This document shows, in pieces, positions 37,886 to 46,324 of a DNA stretch of 64,000 bases. Origin of the DNA: an uncultured archaeon (GTDB lineage: Archaea > Thermoproteota > Nitrososphaeria_A > Caldarchaeales > Wolframiiraptoraceae); assembly GCA_938083505.1 (NCBI GenBank), contig CALKCF010000006.1:38819-102818 (forward strand). The letters are read 5' to 3'. The translations under genes and the position numbers were made by a program. The notes beneath the pieces were generated by a model that saw only the letters and a list, made by a program, of their open reading frames with translations, did no database searches and had not been told where the DNA came from. Numbering within the stretch: position 1 is the first letter of the stretch; every line of letters starts with the position of its first letter.

Positions 37886-38772
37886 AAATGTTAACGGCCA
37901 TAATACTTGCAGGAGGTCTATCAAAGAGATTTGGTGGAGATAAACTGCTTATTGAAATTAACAACACGACAGTGCTCATGAGGGTTGCAAAAGCGGTTTA
38001 TGAGGTGGCAGATAAAGTCCTGATTTCCGTAAAAGACGAAATGAAGGGGCAACTGTTAATGGAAAAACTAAGAGATCTTTGTCAAGGAATCGTGACAGAC
38101 CTAGAAGATGTGGAATTTGGCGGACCCCTTAGAGGCATGATTAGTTGTATTTCGAAAGTTGGTTTAAACGAGGTGCTTTTTGTACCAGGCGATATGCCTT
38201 GGCTGGAGGCAGACCCTCTGGTTTCTTTTCTCGAGACATGCAAATCCTACGATGCTACAGCGGGTAGCATAATATGGGATAACGGGCTGGTAGAGGTGCT
38301 AATCCAGTACCACAGCAAAAATACCAAATTGGAAAAGATTGTCGATGCATGTAAGGCAAGAGGCAAGATTGCTAGGGTCTCCGATATGCTTAGGGCCTCT
38401 GAAAAAACATGTTATATACCTGCTGGTAACTTAACAGAAAAGCCATTAGTCTTCAACAACATCAACACATTAGAAGATTTAATGAATCCTAAACCAAAAG
38501 GGCGTTTAACAAAAGGAGAGGTGGTCACTGTAATGTCAAAGCATTTTTGGAAGGCTTTAGAATCTTGGAAGTGTAAGAACTTTACGTCGGCCGCAGAGCT
38601 CTATGAATGCGAAGGAGATATCAATGCATCATTCGGCGTGAATCATATAGCTCTACATGCGTATATAGATGCCTCTATATGTTTTGGTTTAGGATCCATA
38701 CATAATAGTAATTTAGAGGAGAAAATAAGTCGGGAAAGGTTAAGGCTCAATCTATCCCGTAATGAAGCTTGA
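37882..38772 (+). CDS. mobA: Molybdenum cofactor guanylyltransferase MobA with a C-terminal extension domain
   Basis: TAIILAGGLSKRFGGDKLL nucleotide-binding motif. Overlaps the moeA stop. Confidence 0.7.
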   Translation: MKMLTAIILAGGLSKRFGGDKLLIEINNTTVLMRVAKAVYEVADKVLISVKDEMKGQLLMEKLRDLCQGIVTDLEDVEFGGPLRGMISCISKVGLNEVLFVPGDMPWLEADPLVSFLETCKSYDATAGSIIWDNGLVEVLIQYHSKNTKLEKIVDACKARGKIARVSDMLRASEKTCYIPAGNLTEKPLVFNNINTLEDLMNPKPKGRLTKGEVVTVMSKHFWKALESWKCKNFTSAAELYECEGDINASFGVNHIALHAYIDASICFGLGSIHNSNLEEKISRERLRLNLSRNEA

Positions 38773-39334
38773 TCAAAGAGAGCAACATTTTGTAAACTTC
38801 GTCCTCATTCAACCCAGTCGTATCTAAAACGACGTCAAACGGGCTCAGATCACTTTCGAGCGAAATCCCATACAATCTGTTGTATATGTCTTTACTTTCC
38901 GAGTCACGCTTCCTCAACACCTCCTTTGCAACATCTACTGGCAACCCGCTCCTCTTTGAGAGTCTCCTTGCTCGTTCGTCCTCGCTAGCCTTAAGCCATA
39001 TTTTGTAGCCATCTTTCAGTAACCAAGGTAGGACCCAGCTATCGATCACGACGTCGCCTTTAGATGCCAGCTCAAGTAGTTTTGCATCGACGAGCTTATC
39101 AAACTCTGGGTTTGACAACCTTTCTTCGAGAAACTTAAGACCATCCGGTTTCTCCCACCAGTCTTCGCCCCCTGGTCTATAGCCCCTTTCGATGGCTAGC
39201 TGTTTTAATGCCTGGCCACCAGAAATGTATTTAATGTTCAAAGCTTTGGCAAGTCTTCTAGCAACTGTACTTTTTCCTGTGGCGGCAAGACCGCTGATAC
39301 ATATTACTAACCTTCCTCTGCGGCAGTTTTCCAT
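38747..39334 (-). CDS. cmk: Archaeal-type cytidylate kinase
   Basis: P-loop ICISGLAATGKST. Lid arginines. About 195 aa. Confidence 0.75.
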   Translation of the reverse strand: MENCRRGRLVICISGLAATGKSTVARRLAKALNIKYISGGQALKQLAIERGYRPGGEDWWEKPDGLKFLEERLSNPEFDKLVDAKLLELASKGDVVIDSWVLPWLLKDGYKIWLKASEDERARRLSKRSGLPVDVAKEVLRKRDSESKDIYNRLYGISLESDLSPFDVVLDTTGLNEDEVYKMLLSLIKLHYGID

Positions 39335-39656
39335 ACTTCTTAGTTTGACACGCGAATTAATAATTTTGGGCGTATATTAAGGAACACTTGTAACCTCAAA
39401 GCTTACCCTAAACTGTAAGTGTTGTTGGACCTTTACGTCAAAACACTTTTAGAAGCTTTATGATGCACTTATGCTAAGCTAGAAACGCGTCCAAAAACTA
39501 TTTATAAAACACTTTTCTCTTAAATTAAATATAAAGTAAAATATTGTAGAAACTACTGCAGAGGCTGGAAATCGATACCTAATTGTTGTAATGAACAGTC
39601 GTTTTGCCATCTATAATTTTCTCTCTAGAGGATTTATGAAAAGAGCCCTATATTGA

Positions 39657-39844
39657 GGATTCCTTGTTAAGGGAGAAAAATGCAATCTTTGTGGTTCATA
39701 TGCAGCAAATTGCCCGTTTGAGGCTATACAAATTCCGACACATACTAGCGAGCAGTTAGAAGCACAGATGAAAGTAATGCTGTCAGATATAGGAACCAAG
39801 CCTTTCGGACCTTATCAATTTATGAATAATGTTTGGACTGTTTG
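39657..39844 (+). pseudogene. Start-less remnant of a 4Fe-4S ferredoxin-type domain (speculative)
   Basis: Open frame with no start codon reads ...KCNLCGSYAANCPFEAIQIPTHT... This is the CxxCGxCxxxCPxxAI ferredoxin motif with the third Cys replaced by Tyr. It lies inside a 720-bp AT-rich noncoding stretch. Confidence 0.2.
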
Positions 39845-40056
39845 AACACCCTCCGTAATAGTCAGATGATTCAAAACCCGTCGAATTTTATAGATTCGAT
39901 TTTATGAGAAAATATGTGCAAAGTAGGACTCCAATCTTCGAAAGCATCTTTTAACCACCTTGTGATATATGAGATTTTTAAATTTAAATTTTTTATTATT
40001 TTCTACAAAAATTATGTGAAGTCATTTTCGTATTATCGAAAACATGCATTATCTTT

Positions 40057-40545
40057 TTAGCAAGATATTTTGTTTAGGATTAGTTTGAAGAGTTGAGGGA
40101 ACTCTTCTGGAAGTTTGTATACACCTATTTCCTCAAGATTCTCAAACGTGGCCATTATTTCACCCTTCATACTGTTTAAATCTTCTGCGTTTCTCACCAA
40201 TGTTATTTTTATGACATCATCGCTTTCTTTGAGCAATCCGTAGAATCCTTCTAAGACCAGAATATCAGAGTCTCCACCCATCCTGACTAAGTCTGATAAT
40301 GTTTCGATCTTTTTATCCCTTAACATAATTGCTATCTCTCCAGGAGATACTATTATGGTAGGGTTCGCCCCGGCTTCCTTGTGCTTCCAACTATCTTTTC
40401 CTGGCTTGTCAATGCTAAAATTTGCGTGGTGAACATGCTTGGCGCTAGCAACCTTATAATTCATTTCTCTTAGGGCCCTTATCAGCATTGTCGTAAGTCT
40501 AGTCTTTCCGGATTTCTTATGCCCAAGAACTGCTATCACCTTCAA
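40057..40545 (-). CDS. mobB: Molybdopterin-guanine dinucleotide biosynthesis adapter protein MobB
   Basis: MKVIAVLGHKKSGKTRL P-loop; about 160 aa. Confidence 0.75.
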   Translation of the reverse strand: MKVIAVLGHKKSGKTRLTTMLIRALREMNYKVASAKHVHHANFSIDKPGKDSWKHKEAGANPTIIVSPGEIAIMLRDKKIETLSDLVRMGGDSDILVLEGFYGLLKESDDVIKITLVRNAEDLNSMKGEIMATFENLEEIGVYKLPEEFPQLFKLILNKISC

Positions 40546-41490
40546 ACCTAAGCCACACCTTGTGAATGATTATAATTAATAGTGTGTTGCATTGTACTTA
40601 TTAAATTATTGCAAAATTATGAAGAATTTGAGTAATTTTTCTCAAAATTGATGAAAATAAAAAGTTTAAGTTTTAATGTTTTGAGGTTTGACTAATTTGT
40701 CTTTGGTTTTGCTCCTACCCTTACGATGGCTACTCCTTTCAAAGCTAAGTTAATTATAAGTAACACTATAACGACCCAAAACAATGTGGACAGCGCAGAC
40801 ACGGACGCAACTATGTTCTCTCTGCTTTCCTTAAAACGTACATTTTTCTCTTCACTGGGCTCAACGAGTTAAATATAGAAAGCACAATAACCCTCCAGAA
40901 CTGTAAAAGTTTGAGTAGTCAAGTCTTATCCCACATGTTGGACAAACTTCAACACACTTATCACACCTTATACGAGAAGAAGAATTTATCTTCATCTACA
41001 ACTCCAGGAGGTCTGATGGTTTTGCTTCTACTAACACCAATTGAAGTTAGTAAAGCAGTAGATGCAAATAAACTGATCATAGAAATGGAAATGATGAAGC
41101 CTCGTCTGTTCAAGTCAGACATACGTGATGGGAAACTCTGCTATATATTTTTTATAACATGAAGAAGAGAGCATCCGTCGTTCTCTATTCTAAAAATTTG
41201 GATAATTGTTTGAGATAATTTGGAAAAGCATAGAGATATGCATCTGTTTTGAATGTATAGACAGCTATGTCCTCGTCCTCCACAAAAACCCTAGCGTAAA
41301 ACTAATTGGTACAGAGTGTGACGTTCTAAGCAAAGAGTTTAAGGATTATTCATGAAATATAATAAAAATTTTAAAATAGTCTTAGTCTTAGTGAATTATG
41401 AAAAAGATTAATCTTTACTAATTCGCAGGGCTCAACGGGTGATAATGTATTTAACTTAGTCATTTATCGTGAAGAAATCGGTGAGAGAGC

Positions 41491-41772
41491 TTGAAGGCCG
41501 AGATCGGAAGAATATGTTTTAAGATTGCAGGTAGAGAGGCTGGACAAAAATGCGTAATCGTCGGTGTTATTGATAAGAATTTTGTTTTGGTGACAGGCCC
41601 GAAAAATTTGACCGGTGTTAGACGCAGGAAAGTGAACGTTTCACATCTAACCTTTACGCCGTATAAAATTAACATAAAGGAGAACGCATCAGACGAAGAA
41701 GTTCTAAAAACTATACAAGAATCCGGGCTTATGGATTTTATGAAAGAGGAGGCGAAGGTTAAGTTTGAATGA
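41491..41772 (+). CDS. rpl14e: 50S ribosomal protein L14e
   Basis: EIGRICFKIAGREAGQKCVIVGVIDKNFVLVTGP matches the KOW-like L14e core. Starts with TTG. Confidence 0.8.
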   Translation: MKAEIGRICFKIAGREAGQKCVIVGVIDKNFVLVTGPKNLTGVRRRKVNVSHLTFTPYKINIKENASDEEVLKTIQESGLMDFMKEEAKVKFE

Positions 41773-42816
41773 CGTAGTTGGGAGCCTTGTTCCACCCTGG
41801 CAACATGAGAGAAGGACAATAGTGAGGCTTGAGGCTGAAACCAACCCAAATTATGGATACAATCCTTATGAGAGACCTATCAGGATGCACCTGAAGTTAG
41901 GCGTTATTAATCTCGATAAACCAAAGGGACCTACAAGCCACGAAGTATCCTCGAAAATAAAAGATCTGTTGAGAGTGGAACGGGCTGGTCATGGCGGGAC
42001 CCTAGGAGGCTTTAAGCCTGGGGACATCCGGCCGTTTCCGGCGTGTTGCCAATATTGTTAGAAGAATCTACAAAATGCGCTAAAGCAATTATGCAAGCCG
42101 GAAAAGAATATATCTGTCTGATGAGGTTACACGATGACGTTTCTGATGAAAAACTCTTGGAAGCAGTAAAGCTCTTCACCGGGCAGATATACCAGATACC
42201 ACCAGTAAGATCGTCCGTTGTGAGAAAACCAAGGGTGAGAACGATATATTCAGCAGAGATAATCGAGCGGAGCGGCAGGGATGTTTTGATGAAAATAGCT
42301 TGTTCTGGTGGAACTTATATAAGAAAATATTGTCATGACTTAGGGCTATACTTAGGATGCGGAGCACATATGCAGGAACTCAGAAGGACAAGAGCTGGAC
42401 CCTATGAGGAGGGGTTTTCGTTCAGCTTATTGGATGTTTATGAAGCCGTTAAACTTTATAAAGAAAATGGTGAGGAGCGTATGTTGAGGGACGTCGTTCA
42501 ACCTGTAGAGACTGCTGTCAAATTATTACCAAAGGTCTACATATTAGATTCAGCTGTTGATGCTATATGTCATGGAGCTAACTTAACGGTAGCAGGTATA
42601 TCTAAACTTGATGATGAAATAAAACGCGGCGATGAAGTGGCTATCATGACATTAAAAGGTGAGCTCGTTGCACTTGGCAGAGCACAGATGAGTACTGAAG
42701 AGATTTTAAACATCCTCAAGGGAATAGCTGTGGATATTGAAAGGGTTATCATGGATAGGGGTACTTATCCTTCCGTCTGGAAAAGGGGCAGCAAAGATTT
42801 TAATGGTTCAATTTAA
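41765..42816 (+). CDS. cbf5: tRNA/rRNA pseudouridine synthase Cbf5 (H/ACA RNP), interrupted by a 20-nt intron. Exon 1 is 41765-42005 and exon 2 is 42026-42816.
   Basis: The two ORFs 41765-42061 and 42043-42816 are halves of one TruB/Cbf5 protein. Removing 42006-42025 joins ...AGHGGTL to D-PAVSGVLPILLEESTK..., which reconstitutes the catalytic motif GHGGTLDP. The PUA domain is at the C-terminus. Confidence 0.85.
42006..42025 (+). other. Putative bulge-helix-bulge-type mRNA intron within cbf5 (GAGGCTTTAAGCCTGGGGAC)
   Basis: 20 nt, which is 2 mod 3. This is the only excision that restores both the frame and the catalytic Asp codon (G|AT). It contains an internal AGGCT-TTA-AGCCT hairpin. The 5' junction sits in a 3-nt bulge (AGG) between a CCCT/GGGG helix and the AGGC/GCCT helix. 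Confidence 0.6.
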
Positions 42817-42840
42817 CCTAAATTTTGGAAGTAACTTATC

Positions 42841-42926
42841 GCCGGGGTAGCCTAGCGGATAAGGCGCAGGCCTTGAGAGCCTGTGACCCTATGAGGGTCG
42901 CCTGGGTTCGAATCCCAGCCCCGGCG
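42841..42926 (+). tRNA. tRNA-Ser (anticodon UGA)
   Basis: Acceptor stem GCCGGGG/CCCCGGC with discriminator G. D-arm GCCT/AGGC. Anticodon stem CAGGC/GCCTG with loop CTTGAGA, so the anticodon is TGA. 18-nt variable arm GACCC/GGGTC. T-arm CTGGG-TTCGAAT-CCCAG. No encoded CCA. T-run downstream. Confidence 0.85.
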
Positions 42927-43407
42927 TCAACTACCACTGTTGGATTTTTGAACGAACCTACTTTCTGACAATTTCTCATTATGATCTGAAAACGTCTTCA
43001 TTCAAACAAGTGACGAAGTGTGAGCTGTTAGCAGATGGTATAAAGATTCTGGAACGTGAGAAAAACCGTAATGGATGTGGTAAGACATGGATGTCACTCT
43101 TCGTCTATTTTGTTTATATGCCTAGTTTTTAGCTGATAGACAGACAGCAGCAAAACTACCCTCATGATTGTCACCATTATCAAGAGGTAATTTGAGGTCC
43201 TAATGTAACTCTTTTCTGAAGGCATATCGCTTAAATTTTCCACGAGTCATTCTAAGGTCATTAGCTTTGTTGCGATTTCATGATACGTAGAACATACCAA
43301 TATTCGAAGTTTTGTTCAAAGAATTGAAAATTAATTTCCCAAATTATCAAACGATTTGAATTTATCTTAAAGGTTATAAGGTTGTATGATAATCTTAGGA
43401 GCTGAAC

Positions 43408-44523
43408 ATGGCAAAATGCCTACTTTGTGGTAAAACTTCTAACATAATATCGAGCAGCACCGGTTTCTGTGTTGAATGTATAAGGAGCAGGCCAGACGAT
43501 GTCATCCCAACCATAATGCAGAAACATGCTAATGCGAGAATCGTGTACAACTTACCTTCTGAGCCTCCTAAGGGTACAGGGGTGAAGTGTACGATATGTG
43601 CTAACGAATGCGTGTTAGGTGATGGTGAACGTGGCTTCTGTGGCATTAGGTGTAACGTAGGAGGAAAATTATATTCGCTCTCTACACCTGAAAAAGCACC
43701 ACTCTACTATTATCTTGACCCACATATAACAAACTGTTGTGCTGCTTGGTTCTGCCCTGCAGGCACAGGTTCTGGATATCCAAAGTATGCATGTAGAAAC
43801 GGTCCCGAATACGGATACTACAACTTGGCAATATTCTTTTACGGATGTAACTTTGATTGCTTATTTTGTCAGAATTGGAGCCATAAGAATGTAAGCGCTT
43901 CGTCACAAGTCACTGCAGAAGAGCTTGTCAACATCACCTTGAAGAATGATAAGATAACATGCTGGTGCTTCTTTGGAGGCTCTCCGGAACCACACTTGCC
44001 GTTCGTCATAAATGTTTCGCGAAAAGTTCTGGAATTAATAAAAGATAAGAGGGTCATGAGGATATGCTTCGAGTGGAATGGTTGCGGCAATGAGCATATG
44101 GTTAGAAAGTGTGGCGAATTAGCATTCGTTAGTGGTGGAAACATAAAGTTCGACCTGAAAGCTTTTGATCCTACACTTAGCTTGGCGCTAAGCGGTGTTA
44201 AAAACGACAAAGCTTATAAAAACTTTAGCATGCTATTCAATGAGTTTTACAGAGAAAGGAAAGAGTTGCCCGTCCTTACGGCTACCACACTTTTGGTTCC
44301 AGGATACGTTGATGAAAAAGAGATAGAGGGTATTGCTAAGTTCATATCGGAACATGATGAAAACATACCATATAGTCTACTGATTTTTCATCCGGATTAC
44401 ATGATGCGCGACTTAACGGTAACACCCATCTCTCAAGTAAAAAAGTGTGTAGCTACAGCAAAGAAATACCTAAAAAACGTCAACATAGGAAATGTGCATC
44501 TCCTTAGCATCGCACCGCCTTAG
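43408..44523 (+). CDS. Radical SAM enzyme, PflA-like, probably an AmmeMemoRadiSam-system-type radical SAM protein, with an extra N-terminal zinc ribbon
   Basis: CxxxCxxC cluster GCNFDCLFCQNW. Upstream Cys-rich region CTICANEC...GERGFCGIRCNVGGKLYSL. N-terminal CLLCGK...CVEC zinc ribbon. AGGAG SD upstream. Confidence 0.7.
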   Translation: MAKCLLCGKTSNIISSSTGFCVECIRSRPDDVIPTIMQKHANARIVYNLPSEPPKGTGVKCTICANECVLGDGERGFCGIRCNVGGKLYSLSTPEKAPLYYYLDPHITNCCAAWFCPAGTGSGYPKYACRNGPEYGYYNLAIFFYGCNFDCLFCQNWSHKNVSASSQVTAEELVNITLKNDKITCWCFFGGSPEPHLPFVINVSRKVLELIKDKRVMRICFEWNGCGNEHMVRKCGELAFVSGGNIKFDLKAFDPTLSLALSGVKNDKAYKNFSMLFNEFYRERKELPVLTATTLLVPGYVDEKEIEGIAKFISEHDENIPYSLLIFHPDYMMRDLTVTPISQVKKCVATAKKYLKNVNIGNVHLLSIAPP

Positions 44524-44527
44524 TTAT

Positions 44528-45649
44528 TTAAGATACAGGTTTGTAGACAATGTTTAAAGATTCAGCAGATGAGTAAGCACCTTCCATTTCCTGAAACGTT
44601 GGTCTGCGTGCTATATCTGGATATTCGTCAGGCCTCTCGGCAACGATGTATTCAGGCCTATACTGCTCCATTATATTTACTAGAGCCCTAGGACAATTCT
44701 CGGATATCCACCTTAGGATAGGCTTAGTGCAACATTCCAAGTGGTTTGGCAATACAAGGTGTCTGATTATCATATCACCAGAGTCATGTGCTATTTTATG
44801 GTTCCTCGATACTATCTCAAAGTAGCGTGGAACTTTAGAAAGTCTGATTGCGCAATTGTCGTTTCCATATTTGAAGTCCGGTAACCATATATCTATCACA
44901 TCAACTAAGAGCTTAATGCTTTCTAAAGACATGTACATATTACTATTCCAGAGCATCGGCACATTCGTCTCAAGATACTTAATACCTTCAAGTATCGTGT
45001 AAAGGTTTGGTGTTGGTTCACCACCGACGAAGTTTATATTCAGTGCACCAGTAGTTCTCAGCTCTTTCATTATAAGAGCTAGCTTTTTTCCATCAATCTC
45101 TATACCGTTAAGGGGATCTTGCGATATATCCCAATTCTGGCAAAAAACACACCTAAAGGTGCAACCTGCAAAAAATATAGTCCCTGAACCACCATAACCT
45201 ACTAAAGGCGGCTCTTCTCCAAAATGGTGAAACCATGTAGAGACCCTGGATTTGTTATTGACCCTACAAGTGCCGAGCTTTTTATCTTCGTATCTATTAA
45301 CTTTGCACTTCCACTCACAAAAATGGCAATTTTTTAATATCCTTTTAGCGATCTCAACTTTTAGATCAACGTAGTTCACAGCCACAGGCTTCAGCTCATC
45401 TAATAGCATCCTATCATTCTTTATATCGTTCAAGATTTCGTTAAAGATTTTAGTGAGTCTTTCATGTTCTTCCCAAAGCCTTTCGTTCGAACTGGACTCT
45501 ATGTTTACTTCGCAAGGTATCCTTTTCGCTATGAGAAACTTTGCGGGCTTTAAATTACTCATAACGCTGTAATACCACTTAAGTCTCTCCCTGACCTCCC
45601 GGTTCTGCCATACCGAGGTTGCGAATAGACGCCTCACGGGTGCGCTCAA
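44528..45649 (-). CDS. Radical SAM enzyme, PflA-like, paralog of the adjacent gene
   Basis: AGCTFRCVFCQNW radical-SAM cluster preceded by CHFCEWKC...GTCRV. The two genes converge with 4 nt between their stops. Confidence 0.7.
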   Translation of the reverse strand: MSAPVRRLFATSVWQNREVRERLKWYYSVMSNLKPAKFLIAKRIPCEVNIESSSNERLWEEHERLTKIFNEILNDIKNDRMLLDELKPVAVNYVDLKVEIAKRILKNCHFCEWKCKVNRYEDKKLGTCRVNNKSRVSTWFHHFGEEPPLVGYGGSGTIFFAGCTFRCVFCQNWDISQDPLNGIEIDGKKLALIMKELRTTGALNINFVGGEPTPNLYTILEGIKYLETNVPMLWNSNMYMSLESIKLLVDVIDIWLPDFKYGNDNCAIRLSKVPRYFEIVSRNHKIAHDSGDMIIRHLVLPNHLECCTKPILRWISENCPRALVNIMEQYRPEYIVAERPDEYPDIARRPTFQEMEGAYSSAESLNIVYKPVS

Positions 45650-45694
45650 ATAATTTTACTATAAGGTTACTAATCAAGTTATAGGCACAACACC

Positions 45695-46297
45695 CTATGT
45701 TGCATAAAATCTAATGCCGCTTGCTATGAATTCTATCGCTATTGCCGCTATAAATACTGCCATTAACCTTGAAATAACGACCGAGCCTGTCTCGCCTAGG
45801 AAATTGTTTATAGGCTCCATAGCCCTAATTATTAGCCAAGTTATGAGTAATACAACTATAACCGATATTACGGTTACAAATACACCAGTCGTCTGGATGT
45901 TAACTATAGTTAAGGTTATAGCACCAGGCCCGACCAGCAAAGGGAACGCAATAGGTACAACACCTATACTTCTGTCGGACAAGTGCCTTTCTTCCCACAT
46001 ACCATGGATGAGTATTTTAATGGAGATTATGAGCAGTAAAAGACCACCCGCTATCTTAAAGCTGTGAATAGAAATGTTAAATACTAAAAGAATACTCTGA
46101 CCGGCCAATGCAAAGACGTTAAGCAGAACAAATGAAATGACTATAGCCGTCCTAAAAGTCTTGCTCCTTTCCTCTCGAGTCATATTACTGGTTAAACCTA
46201 TGAATATAGGTATGTTTCCGATAGGATCAACTATGATAAAAAGTGCGATGATGGATTTTATAAGCTCATCAATCGCTATTTCCATATACGGATTCAC
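45695..46297 (-). CDS. marC: MarC-family integral membrane protein (UPF0056)
   Basis: 200 aa with six TM segments. N-terminal IALFIIVDPIGNIPIFIGLT is the MarC motif. Confidence 0.75.
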   Translation of the reverse strand: MNPYMEIAIDELIKSIIALFIIVDPIGNIPIFIGLTSNMTREERSKTFRTAIVISFVLLNVFALAGQSILLVFNISIHSFKIAGGLLLLIISIKILIHGMWEERHLSDRSIGVVPIAFPLLVGPGAITLTIVNIQTTGVFVTVISVIVVLLITWLIIRAMEPINNFLGETGSVVISRLMAVFIAAIAIEFIASGIRFYAT

Positions 46298-46324
46298 ACT
46301 GATTGGTAATTAAAGTTTTACTCA

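Noticed and set aside
39611-39799. 62-aa minus-strand ORF in the cmk-mobB spacer
   Set aside because: No motif. It overlaps the + strand ferredoxin-like remnant and is most likely noncoding.
40861-41162. Two small ORFs in the AT-rich spacer: the 83-aa + strand ORF at 40911-41162, and a 44-aa minus-strand ORF at 40861-40995 with RCDKCVEVCPTCG
   Set aside because: Neither has a recognisable family signature. The Cys pattern CxxCxxxCPxC fits neither a ferredoxin nor a known ribosomal zinc-ribbon protein. No SD or promoter is in the right place. They are left unannotated, though the Cys motif is noted.
39335-41490. The two AT-rich spacers as a possible replication origin
   Set aside because: I could not find ORB or mini-ORB elements (TCCAGTGGAAA-like), and there is no orc1/cdc6 gene nearby. 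The repeated 14-mer does not resemble ORB consensus. It is kept only as a generic regulatory or ncRNA candidate.
43395-43646. 83-aa minus-strand ORF overlapping the start of the radical SAM gene
   Set aside because: It overlaps a well-supported + strand gene and its SD, and has no motif.
43408-44523. Radical SAM enzyme as Taw1 (wyosine biosynthesis), given the nearby Trm5/TYW2-like gene
   Set aside because: Taw1/TYW1 carries a different cluster context (C-x3-C-x2-C-W with an upstream second cluster typical of TYW1). These proteins instead have the PflA-like CxxxCxxCQNW motif plus the AmmeMemoRadiSam-type N-terminal Cys cluster.
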